Source: a virus
Taxonomy: Duplodnaviria > Caudoviricetes
Length of the DNA stretch: 39,861 bases
IMG/VR virus record: IMGVR_UViG_3300025502_000058
Location: 1-39,861 of that record
Direction: 5' to 3' (one strand)
Numbering within the stretch: the stretch's first letter is position 1; each line of letters begins with the position of its first letter. A model generated the notes under the pieces. The model worked only from the letters and a program-made list of their open reading frames with translations, ran no database searches and was not told the DNA's origin. Below, piece after piece: positions 18,331 through 26,058 of the stretch. A program made the position numbers and the translations under genes.

Positions 18331-20406
18331 GTGGACCGAATCAAGGAAATGCTGGATCAGCTCAGCGAACTTGACGATACTCAGGTGTCGGAGTTACAGA
18401 GTTCGATTATCAGCGAATTTGAAACGGCTGAGAATGAAGATCCCACTCCACAGACAGTTGACGCTATGACGTCGCTTGCCGACATGCTTGACACCGTTCG
18501 CGGTGAAGTCAAGCGCCGCGAGGCTCAGGTTGTTGAATTGGCTCAAAAAGCCTCTGAAGCAGCCTCTCGTGTTCACGGTCAAGACGGCGGTTCTAACGAA
18601 GACATGGAAGCAGGTATGGAAGAAGAAGTGGAAGAGGAGGACAAGTCAGTGACAGAAGCAGCAATGCCAATGAAAGAGGAAGTCCCCGAAGCCATGCCAT
18701 CCGATGAAGCCCCAGTGGAAGACGCCCCTGTAGAAGAGGTTGTCGAAGTTGAAGTTGAGGCTGAAGAGGAAGAAATGCCCAAAATGAAATCTAAATCCGA
18801 TGAGGATGAAGAAGAAATGGAAATGTCTACCATGTCCGAAGCGTCAACCGCTGTGGAAGAGACCGTAGAACTCTCAACCGATGAAGCAGCCTCGGAGGCA
18901 CAAGCCGAAGAGACCCCAGCCGAATTTGCAATGCATAAGAATGCTGAAGAAGATACTGCCAAGGAAGAAGAAGAAAAAGAAAAAGAGGCAGAGAAAGAAC
19001 TTGCCGCTTCCGAGGAAGTAACTGAAACAGCAGTCGCAGAAGTTGTTGAAGGCTCAGAAAATGCAGTAAAAGAAGAATCAACCGAAACACTACCCCTGGA
19101 GGCACCCGTGACCGCTTCTGCAGAGAATGCAGATAACCTCAACATCGAGGTTCCAGCGGATCGTCGCCCTGTTGCACAGGCTTCATTTGCTCCCGTGGCG
19201 ATCACGGCGGGCGCTGATATTCCTGGCTACACGGCTGGCAGTTCGCTCAATGATATGAAAGAAGTTGCAATTGCAATGGAGAAACGTCTCCATGCTCTGC
19301 GACGGGTAAATGGTGGAGATGGTGAGCAGCATATTGTTGCCTCCGTTAGCACCTCATTCCCCTCTGATCGTACCCTAGGTACTGATCCTGAAGAAAACTG
19401 GAACAAGATCCAGAACGTCGTTGGCCCAGAAGCCCTCGTCGCCGCTGGTGGACATCAAGCACCATTCGAGGTTCGTTACGACATCTTCGGATTCGGAACC
19501 ACGAGTCGTCCAGTGCGAGATGCTCTTCCTAAGTTCCAAGCCGACCGTGGAGGTATTCGATTTATTCTTCCTCCAGTTCTTAGTGCTTACGGCGACGCCG
19601 TAGGTGTTTGGACCGCAGCGAACGATGCTGCAGGAAGTCCAGACCCAGCAGCAAAGGGAAGCTTGACCGTCACTGCTGCTTCTGAGACCACCGTCGCTAC
19701 TGACGCCGTGACTCTTCAAATGCAGTTCGGTAACCTCGCAACCCGTGCGTACCCAGAACTGATTACTCGTCACAACGAGCTCGGTCTGATTCAGCACGCA
19801 CGCGAAGGAGAGCAGTACCTGCTCAGCAAGATTGCAGCCGGTTCAACAGCGGTTACTACCAACAGCCTAATTGGCGTTGGCCGTGACATGCTCGTTCAGG
19901 TTGGTCGCGCTGCAACAGCGTACCGTTCGCGTCACCGTCTGGAAGCAGACGCATCTATTCGCATGATTCTCCCTTCATGGGTTAAAGATGCAATGGCTGC
20001 AGATCTAGCCCTGTCAATGCCAGGAGACAGCACTCTCAATGCCTACAGTGAGATTGACGGCTACATGGCCGCTCGCGGTGTTGTTGCTAGCTACTCGCTT
20101 GATCAGGACGTTTATGGCACTCAAGGTACAGGAGCACTCCTAGAGTTCTCAGACACATTCACTTGGTACATGTTTGCTGAGGGAACCTTCGTGTTCCTTG
20201 ATGGTGGCACTCTTGACCTCGGAATTATCCGGGATTCAACCCTCGTCGGAACCAACGATTACAAGATGTTCGTTGAAACCTTCGAAGGTGTTGCCAAGGT
20301 CGGTATTGAATCGCTTGCAATCACTAGCACTATTAGTGTGAACGGTGTGGCTGCTGCCCTCCGCGATACGACTGGTAACGCTACTGCTGCAGCAATTGAG
20401 TACTAA
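18331..20406 (+). CDS. Major capsid protein with N-terminal acidic scaffold-like region
   Basis: Coiled-coil and very Glu-rich N-terminal half, then ALVAAGG-HQAPFEVRY, RPVRDALPKFQADRGGIRF and FLDGGTLDLGIIRDSTL..NDY..F.ETFEG, typical of this actinophage capsid family. Confidence 0.88.
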   Translation: MDRIKEMLDQLSELDDTQVSELQSSIISEFETAENEDPTPQTVDAMTSLADMLDTVRGEVKRREAQVVELAQKASEAASRVHGQDGGSNEDMEAGMEEEVEEEDKSVTEAAMPMKEEVPEAMPSDEAPVEDAPVEEVVEVEVEAEEEEMPKMKSKSDEDEEEMEMSTMSEASTAVEETVELSTDEAASEAQAEETPAEFAMHKNAEEDTAKEEEEKEKEAEKELAASEEVTETAVAEVVEGSENAVKEESTETLPLEAPVTASAENADNLNIEVPADRRPVAQASFAPVAITAGADIPGYTAGSSLNDMKEVAIAMEKRLHALRRVNGGDGEQHIVASVSTSFPSDRTLGTDPEENWNKIQNVVGPEALVAAGGHQAPFEVRYDIFGFGTTSRPVRDALPKFQADRGGIRFILPPVLSAYGDAVGVWTAANDAAGSPDPAAKGSLTVTAASETTVATDAVTLQMQFGNLATRAYPELITRHNELGLIQHAREGEQYLLSKIAAGSTAVTTNSLIGVGRDMLVQVGRAATAYRSRHRLEADASIRMILPSWVKDAMAADLALSMPGDSTLNAYSEIDGYMAARGVVASYSLDQDVYGTQGTGALLEFSDTFTWYMFAEGTFVFLDGGTLDLGIIRDSTLVGTNDYKMFVETFEGVAKVGIESLAITSTISVNGVAAALRDTTGNATAAAIEY

Positions 20407-20473
20407 GCTACCCCAGCAATAACCCAATAACCATTACAACGCGGTAACGCTCAGAAGTCTAAGAGGAGAAAAT

Positions 20474-21349
20474 ATGGCATTTCGTGGAGTTTATGACGCT
20501 CCTGAGATCAAGCCTACTTCTTGCGGACTTCTGAGCGTTGCCCGTGTGATGACTCACTCGTCTGCAGATTACGACGAGCGATGGATTAGAGGATTCTCGT
20601 ATGTCTTCGACACACAGGGTACGCTTAGAATTTTAACGACTAACGACGAAGCGGTATCCGACGGGGAACTGTTTAATAGCGACGACTTACCGCGATACAA
20701 AGATTGTGAGCCCTTCTTTATCGAGGTAGAGGACTTTTCTTCGACTTTTGGTTTGCTAGGCGTAGATAGAATTGCTAAAATTAAAAAGCAACTTGCTGTA
20801 GGGACTCAGAAAGCAGTTGAAAAGGAGCTTTGGGACGGCGTTTCTGCAACAGCTGCCACGAATTCTAACACTTTCTTATCTAAAGCATCATCCTCCACTG
20901 TTTCCGCCATAGGGGCTTTTAATGTCAATGAAGGTCTGTACTATTTAGAACAGTCTATTGCTGAATCGCCTCTAGGTGAGCAGGGAATTATACATATGAC
21001 TAGGGACGTAGCCTCTGCCCTAGGGTCCAAACTTAGTTTTGGTGGCGATGTTGATAAGAAAAACTACATTCAAACTCGTCTAGGAACACCTGTTGTTGTT
21101 GGCTCTGGCTATTCGGGTAATGGCCCTGTAGGTTCTTCCGGAGCAGCAGCAAGCGCTACAAATAAATGGATGTACGCAACTGGCCCAGTAGACGTGCATC
21201 TAGGCAAAATAGAGGTTGTAAACGAAAACTTGGGCCAAGGAATAGATGCTACTATTAATGATATGAGGCTAAAAGCCACTCGTCCGGCTGGAGCCTATTT
21301 TGACCCAAGTATTCACTACACGGTTCGCGTAACGCTTCCGACACCCTAA
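20474..21349 (+). CDS. Second (minor/pentamer-type) capsid protein
   Basis: Directly follows the MCP. AVEKELW, GIIHM, TRLGTPVVVGSGY and WMYATGPV motifs resemble a second HK97-like capsid protein. Confidence 0.65.
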   Translation: MAFRGVYDAPEIKPTSCGLLSVARVMTHSSADYDERWIRGFSYVFDTQGTLRILTTNDEAVSDGELFNSDDLPRYKDCEPFFIEVEDFSSTFGLLGVDRIAKIKKQLAVGTQKAVEKELWDGVSATAATNSNTFLSKASSSTVSAIGAFNVNEGLYYLEQSIAESPLGEQGIIHMTRDVASALGSKLSFGGDVDKKNYIQTRLGTPVVVGSGYSGNGPVGSSGAAASATNKWMYATGPVDVHLGKIEVVNENLGQGIDATINDMRLKATRPAGAYFDPSIHYTVRVTLPTP

Positions 21350-21378
21350 GTACCACCCTTATTAAGGAGAAATAAAGA

Positions 21379-22422
21379 ATGGCCACACAAGACTTTGCGG
21401 CAAGCGTACAGGGTGTGTCGATTCGAGTTACCCGCCTAGACTCCGCTGGTAGTCTACTCAACGGAGCAGGCGACTCGTACACCACTTCAGCGTTTATGCG
21501 CGTATCTTTCACCCCTGAGTATGAAGAAGGTGACGAAATTGTTGAGAAGTCTGCGGACGGAACAGTTTGCGTCTCTTACAAGGCTCCTGACACCATGAAG
21601 CGGATCACAATGGAACTTGCCATCTGTGAGCCCGACTCAGAACTAACTGCATTGATTTCAGGCGGTCTATTGCTCCGTAAAAACTTCGGAACATTTGCTG
21701 CCCCCGACAATAAGAGTATTGGTTGGGCTGCCCCCTCTGTTGGGGACGACCCCACAGGTCGTGGTGTTGCTCTTGAGTGCTGGTCATTTGCCATTAAAGA
21801 TGGTCGTCGCTCTGCTTCACTTCCATATTTCCACTGGGTATTCCCATATGCTCGCCTTCGCCAGTCCGGTGACCGTGTGATTGAAAACGGAATGCTTGCA
21901 ACTACGTTTGAGGGCTATGGCCTAGGTAACGATCTGTTTGCAGACGGTCTTGATGGCCGCTGGGAGTTCCCAGTATCTACAGAGCGTTCTTACTCGTATG
22001 CTCGTACAACATATGCACCTGTAGGTCTTAGAGGCTTCTACACTTGGCACAAAAACCTTGCTGCTAGCGTAACTACTAAGTCACTAACATCTAATATTGC
22101 CACACTTACTACCGACGCCCCGCATCAGTATTCGGTTGGACAGACAGTGGTAGTAGCTGATGTAGGGAGCCCATTTGATGGCACTCAAATCATTACTGCA
22201 GTACCTACGACAAGCCAATTTCGGTTTGCAAAGACCAACGCAGACGTACCAACTGCACCAGTCAGTCCGGTAGGTACTTCAGTTCGTCAAGCAGGCTACA
22301 ACGCAGTTACTGATATCTTTGGGTCTGAAAACGACTCATTCAACGTACCGGGCAGTGAAGAGTACAACCCAGATCAGAGTGTTGACTTTATTGTCCCGTC
22401 TGATGAGGACCCAGTAGCATAA
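21379..22422 (+). CDS. Major tail (tube) protein with C-terminal beta-rich accessory domain
   Basis: IRVTRLD...PEYEEGDEIVEKSADGTVC...ELAICEPD and ALECWS...YFHWVFPY. C-terminal ATLTTDAPH..VGQTVVV..FDG domain. Confidence 0.82.
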   Translation: MATQDFAASVQGVSIRVTRLDSAGSLLNGAGDSYTTSAFMRVSFTPEYEEGDEIVEKSADGTVCVSYKAPDTMKRITMELAICEPDSELTALISGGLLLRKNFGTFAAPDNKSIGWAAPSVGDDPTGRGVALECWSFAIKDGRRSASLPYFHWVFPYARLRQSGDRVIENGMLATTFEGYGLGNDLFADGLDGRWEFPVSTERSYSYARTTYAPVGLRGFYTWHKNLAASVTTKSLTSNIATLTTDAPHQYSVGQTVVVADVGSPFDGTQIITAVPTTSQFRFAKTNADVPTAPVSPVGTSVRQAGYNAVTDIFGSENDSFNVPGSEEYNPDQSVDFIVPSDEDPVA

Positions 22423-22430
22423 GTTTTTTC

Positions 22431-22484
22431 GAAGGGCGGGTGACTTCCAAAAGTGTTTAACACTTGGGTAGTTACCCGCCCTTT
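22431..22484 (+). terminator. Long GC-rich hairpin after the major tail gene (terminator or processing site)
   Basis: AAGGGCGGGTGACT (22432-22445) pairs with AGTTACCCGCCCTT (22470-22483). Inner stem AAGTGTT/AACACTT. Only a short T tract follows. Confidence 0.65.
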
Positions 22485-22507
22485 AACTAATTCTGTAAGG
22501 ACCAAAT

Positions 22508-23161
22508 ATGTCTGACTTAAAGTTTGTGGATCAAATGAAACACGAAACATTTGATGCACACGAACTGTCTAAGGACAGTGGATTTGCCCAGAATATTATG
22601 GGAGGTCTGTGGAGTCCTGTTGCCTTCGTTGAGTGGCAAAGAGCGTTGTATCCGGTGTATGTAATGCTCGAGGACATTTTAATGAAGAATCGTAAAGATC
22701 CTGTACTCAACATGTTTGACCATAGAAAATTAGACAGAAGAGACAAAATATTCAGTGATTTATCCTTTTATGGTGTAGATCCTGTAGTGGACCCGAGCAG
22801 ACTTCCCGCAGTAACCGCATATATTGAGGCGGTCTACCAAGCAGGATCTAGTCCTCAGAGAATTATGGCCTATCACTACACCCGATACATGGGGGACATG
22901 ATAGGAGGACAGGTAATTTCTAGGTGTCTATCTGAAAAGTACGATATGAGCCCTGAATCCTTGACTTGCTACGACTTCAGCGCTATCGGAGATATTTTCC
23001 ACTACAGGAAAACATATAAAAATTTGCTAAACAATGTGTCTTGGACAGAAGATGAGCGTAGAGCATTTATAGAGGAAGTTAAAGTAGCATACACTGTAAA
23101 TGCTAATCTTTTTGAAGAATTGTACGTTCTCCTTTCCGAAATGCATAAAGAAGATAGGTAG
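22508..23161 (+). CDS. Heme oxygenase (HO-1/HmuO family)
   Basis: Proximal His in KHETFDAH (H18), LYPVYVMLE, distal helix AYHYTRYMGDMIGGQVI, YDF..I, and FIEEVKVAY.VN..LF. Confidence 0.88.
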   Translation: MSDLKFVDQMKHETFDAHELSKDSGFAQNIMGGLWSPVAFVEWQRALYPVYVMLEDILMKNRKDPVLNMFDHRKLDRRDKIFSDLSFYGVDPVVDPSRLPAVTAYIEAVYQAGSSPQRIMAYHYTRYMGDMIGGQVISRCLSEKYDMSPESLTCYDFSAIGDIFHYRKTYKNLLNNVSWTEDERRAFIEEVKVAYTVNANLFEELYVLLSEMHKEDR

Positions 23162-23169
23162 ACACTTAA

Positions 23170-24318
23170 ATGGTAGCGGACAAACTTTGGGTGAACGTAG
23201 AAGAGCTTGGTGTTTTTCAGGACTCTACGTACGCTTACGATGCCTGTAAGACGGCATCATACATATTGTGGGCGCTTTCCGGAAGAAAATTTACTGGAAT
23301 AACTACCGTAACAGAGCGATATGTGTCTCAGTTTGATTCGTACCTAAGGACAATCGGTTCTGCATCCTCATACCGTCCTATTCTTGTCTCTGGTTCTGTT
23401 ACAAACGTTCCTGTCGGTCACAACAACCGTATGGTTGGTAACGACTTCTTGGGTGATGGAGCTTCTTCTCTGACAAGAGTCCGACTTAGAGGAAGAAAAG
23501 TGTTAAAGATACATGTAGTTCGTGACATGTACGGAAACATTATTGACCCTAAAAATTACTTTCTAGCTGAACACTCTACTATGTACGGCTCTCCATCCAC
23601 TAGTTGGAATTCATCGAATGTTGAGATAACATATACATATGGAACCCCTCCCCCCTCTGCAGGACGGGCAGCTGCCCGTTTATTTGCTCTAGAGCTTATT
23701 AAGTATTATGAAGGTGACGATACCTGTGCCCTTCCGCAGCGTGTAACCAGCGTGAACCGTCAGGGAGTTTCTTATACTGTTCTAGATCAGCAAGATTTTA
23801 TTGAGTCTGGTAGAACCGGTATCTACACAATTGACCTGTTCCTAAAGGCCGCTAACCCAGACAATGCTAGAGCAAGAGCAAGAGTATTTACCCCTGACAC
23901 TCCTAGGGCCAGAAGAATTACACCAAAACCACCCTTCGTTCCTGTAAGTTCTTTTGACCTGTTTGTCACTCCTGATGGTGGATCTCTCCGTGTGTTTCTC
24001 TCTGAAATTAACTCAGAGTTTCTCCAAGAAGATCCGAACTGGGTGGTATCAGCGGTGGTAACAGATTACTACAATGAAAAGCAAGTAACACTAGATTCTA
24101 ATCTTGTTAACTACGATGATACGTCCGGAACAATTACCATTGGTGCGGAGTACAGGGACACTCTCGGAATTATTGGCCCTAGAGATCCAGGCGTATTAGA
24201 CATTTACGCTACCCGCCCAAGTCTCAGTGGTTCTAGCGTGGACGAGGTTGTAAACCTTATGACAAGCAATGTTGTGCTTCAACTTGGTGATAGAATTAGT
24301 CCCATCGTAACAATCTAG
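23170..24318 (+). CDS. Head-to-tail adaptor with C-terminal extension
   Basis: ASYILWALSGRKF, ITYTYGTPPP.AG..AA..LA.EL, CALPQRVTSVNRQGVS. Position after the major tail gene. Confidence 0.72.
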   Translation: MVADKLWVNVEELGVFQDSTYAYDACKTASYILWALSGRKFTGITTVTERYVSQFDSYLRTIGSASSYRPILVSGSVTNVPVGHNNRMVGNDFLGDGASSLTRVRLRGRKVLKIHVVRDMYGNIIDPKNYFLAEHSTMYGSPSTSWNSSNVEITYTYGTPPPSAGRAAARLFALELIKYYEGDDTCALPQRVTSVNRQGVSYTVLDQQDFIESGRTGIYTIDLFLKAANPDNARARARVFTPDTPRARRITPKPPFVPVSSFDLFVTPDGGSLRVFLSEINSEFLQEDPNWVVSAVVTDYYNEKQVTLDSNLVNYDDTSGTITIGAEYRDTLGIIGPRDPGVLDIYATRPSLSGSSVDEVVNLMTSNVVLQLGDRISPIVTI

Positions 24319-24341
24319 AGACACTTAAGGAATGATGATTT

Positions 24342-24848
24342 ATGGCAATTGACATTGATTTATCCGCAATATCTCAAGATGCTAAACCTTTAGCATCTAT
24401 GATGTCCGAAGTATTAAACAGAGTTATTGTTGTTTATGAACACTTCTCTATGCCTATTCCTGAGCGTAGATACTGGACCCTAGGTGAGCCTGCGGTAGAT
24501 TGTGAACAACTAGTTGTGTCTTTTATTCAACTGTACCTTGGGTACCCAGGCGATGAAGCTACAGAGCCAAAAAGGTGTAAAGACCCAAGAAGTGCGACAC
24601 TTCATGTCAGGGTTTCTCGTAAGGTACCTACGGTTGGCCCAGGAGGTCAGGCCCCTTCGGCGGCAAATATTCAATCCTACTCAGAGCTTGTTGCCTATGA
24701 CGCATGGTGTCTTATGGAAGGTGCATCTGCTCTTGATGTCTGGACCGAGGCCTACCCGGGGCTAGGTGTTATTGCTACCGTAGAGACAGACGCCCCGGAA
24801 GGTGGATTTCAAACCACAGTAATGACTATTACTATGGCGGTCCCGTAA
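24342..24848 (+). CDS. Putative tail terminator / head-tail joining protein
   Basis: Position among neck genes. DCEQLVV and PEGG motifs. Confidence 0.55.
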   Translation: MAIDIDLSAISQDAKPLASMMSEVLNRVIVVYEHFSMPIPERRYWTLGEPAVDCEQLVVSFIQLYLGYPGDEATEPKRCKDPRSATLHVRVSRKVPTVGPGGQAPSAANIQSYSELVAYDAWCLMEGASALDVWTEAYPGLGVIATVETDAPEGGFQTTVMTITMAVP

Positions 24849-25231
24849 TGGCTAAAGTAATTCTATACGAAGGTCCTATGAACAAAATGTTAAAAGCTCC
24901 AGAAGGAGACGTAGGAAAACATTTGACAAAAAAAGGACGCATGATAGAGGTAGCGGCTAAAGGTCAGGTTGGGGTAAGAACAGGTGCTTTAAGATCCTCT
25001 ATCCACATGAGATATTTTGTAAGCGCCAGAGGAATGTATATAAAAGTTGGATCAAAGAAAAACTATGCTTTGGCCCATCACGAAGGAACTAAGCCGCACA
25101 TGATTTACCCCAATAGGGCACAGTCGTTGAAATTTGTCTCTAGAGGGAGCGTAGTTTTTGTTAGAGCTGTTAGGCATCCAGGAACTAAGGCAAATAAGTA
25201 TCTCACAGACAACTTAAAACTGATAACATAG
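24848..25231 (+). CDS. HK97 gp10-like tail completion/neck protein
   Basis: Basic protein with VRTGALRSSI, YALAHHEGTKPH.I.P and VRHPGTKANKYL. Confidence 0.72.
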   Translation: MAKVILYEGPMNKMLKAPEGDVGKHLTKKGRMIEVAAKGQVGVRTGALRSSIHMRYFVSARGMYIKVGSKKNYALAHHEGTKPHMIYPNRAQSLKFVSRGSVVFVRAVRHPGTKANKYLTDNLKLIT

Positions 25232-25280
25232 TACAAGACACACAAACATAAGTCAACTACAAAAAGGAAGAAAACATATT

Positions 25281-25613
25281 ATGACAACACGATTTAAGGA
25301 TTTTGGTTCGCCAGAATCCTCCCATGAGCCCCTAAGTTTCTCTCTGTTTGGCGAAACTTTTGAGTGTCAGACGGCCCTTCAAGGGAAGTTTCTTTTAGAC
25401 CTAGTTGCAGGGTCTGGCTCGGAAGACCCAGCAACCTCGGCTGCCATTGTAACTAAATTTTTTGACACGGTACTTACCACGGAAAGTTCCGAAAGATTCA
25501 CATCACTAACTAACGACCCCGACAAGATTATTTCTGTTGAGACACTTGGTTCTATTACAGAATGGTTGGTTAGCGAATACGCGGAACGCCCTACGGAGCG
25601 GTCAGAAATCTAG
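25281..25613 (+). CDS. Tail assembly chaperone (G-like)
   Basis: Small acidic ORF two genes before the tape measure, ending EYAERPT. Confidence 0.75.
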   Translation: MTTRFKDFGSPESSHEPLSFSLFGETFECQTALQGKFLLDLVAGSGSEDPATSAAIVTKFFDTVLTTESSERFTSLTNDPDKIISVETLGSITEWLVSEYAERPTERSEI

Positions 25614-26014
25614 TCCAATGGGCTATTGATCTCTGGCCGTATGTTAACGGTCAAGCAATAATGAATGGCGTGAAACTTTCTAAATTGCCTGCCGCTGACC
25701 TACTAGACGTGATTCACTACATGTTCGAAAAAGATCTTGAAGACACTATAGGCGAGTATGCGGAAGCAAAAGACTTGTACAGAATAAGACTGTACGAGGA
25801 TATGTACGAAACTACCTATCCTTACGCAAGTCCTAGCACTAAAAACTCGTCATTTAACCCTGACTTACCTCCTTTTGATGAAGAAGAGTTTGGCGAACCA
25901 GAAGGGCTATCTAACGGAGTGCCAGCAAAGAAGAAGGGGTACATACCCCCAACGGAATTTAAGGAATCGGCTCCTAATCCTTATCATGGGGTGTTAGATG
26001 CTCCACTCGGCTAA
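25574..26014 (+). CDS. Tail assembly chaperone extension (T-like, -1 frame; ATG-defined ORF starts at 25661)
   Basis: The -1 frame is open from 25574, overlaps the end of the G-like gene and reads PYGAVRNLVQWAIDLWPYVNG before ATG 25661, which has no clear RBS. Confidence 0.68.
   Translation, partial: RIRGTPYGAVRNLVQWAIDLWPYVNGQAIMNGVKLSKLPAADLLDVIHYMFEKDLEDTIGEYAEAKDLYRIRLYEDMYETTYPYASPSTKNSSFNPDLPPFDEEEFGEPEGLSNGVPAKKKGYIPPTEFKESAPNPYHGVLDAPLG
25587..25595 (+). other. Candidate programmed -1 frameshift site CGC CCT ACG (Pro CCT to CCC)
   Basis: The most plausible re-pairing site in the 40-nt overlap. Classic G/GT position. Confidence 0.45.
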
Positions 26015-26058
26015 CTCATATCGTGAGATAATAAAGGGTCGAAGGAGGTGACGGACGT

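Noticed and set aside
18579-19205. 208-aa Ser-rich minus-strand ORF, and similar antisense ORFs such as 28389..28898 and 29382..29873
   Set aside because: Antisense shadows of low-complexity or biased plus-strand genes, with no independent signals.
22508-23161. Cyanophage-type ho1 bilin synthesis cassette
   Set aside because: No pebS, pcyA or ferredoxin in the window, and the structural genes look actinophage-like.
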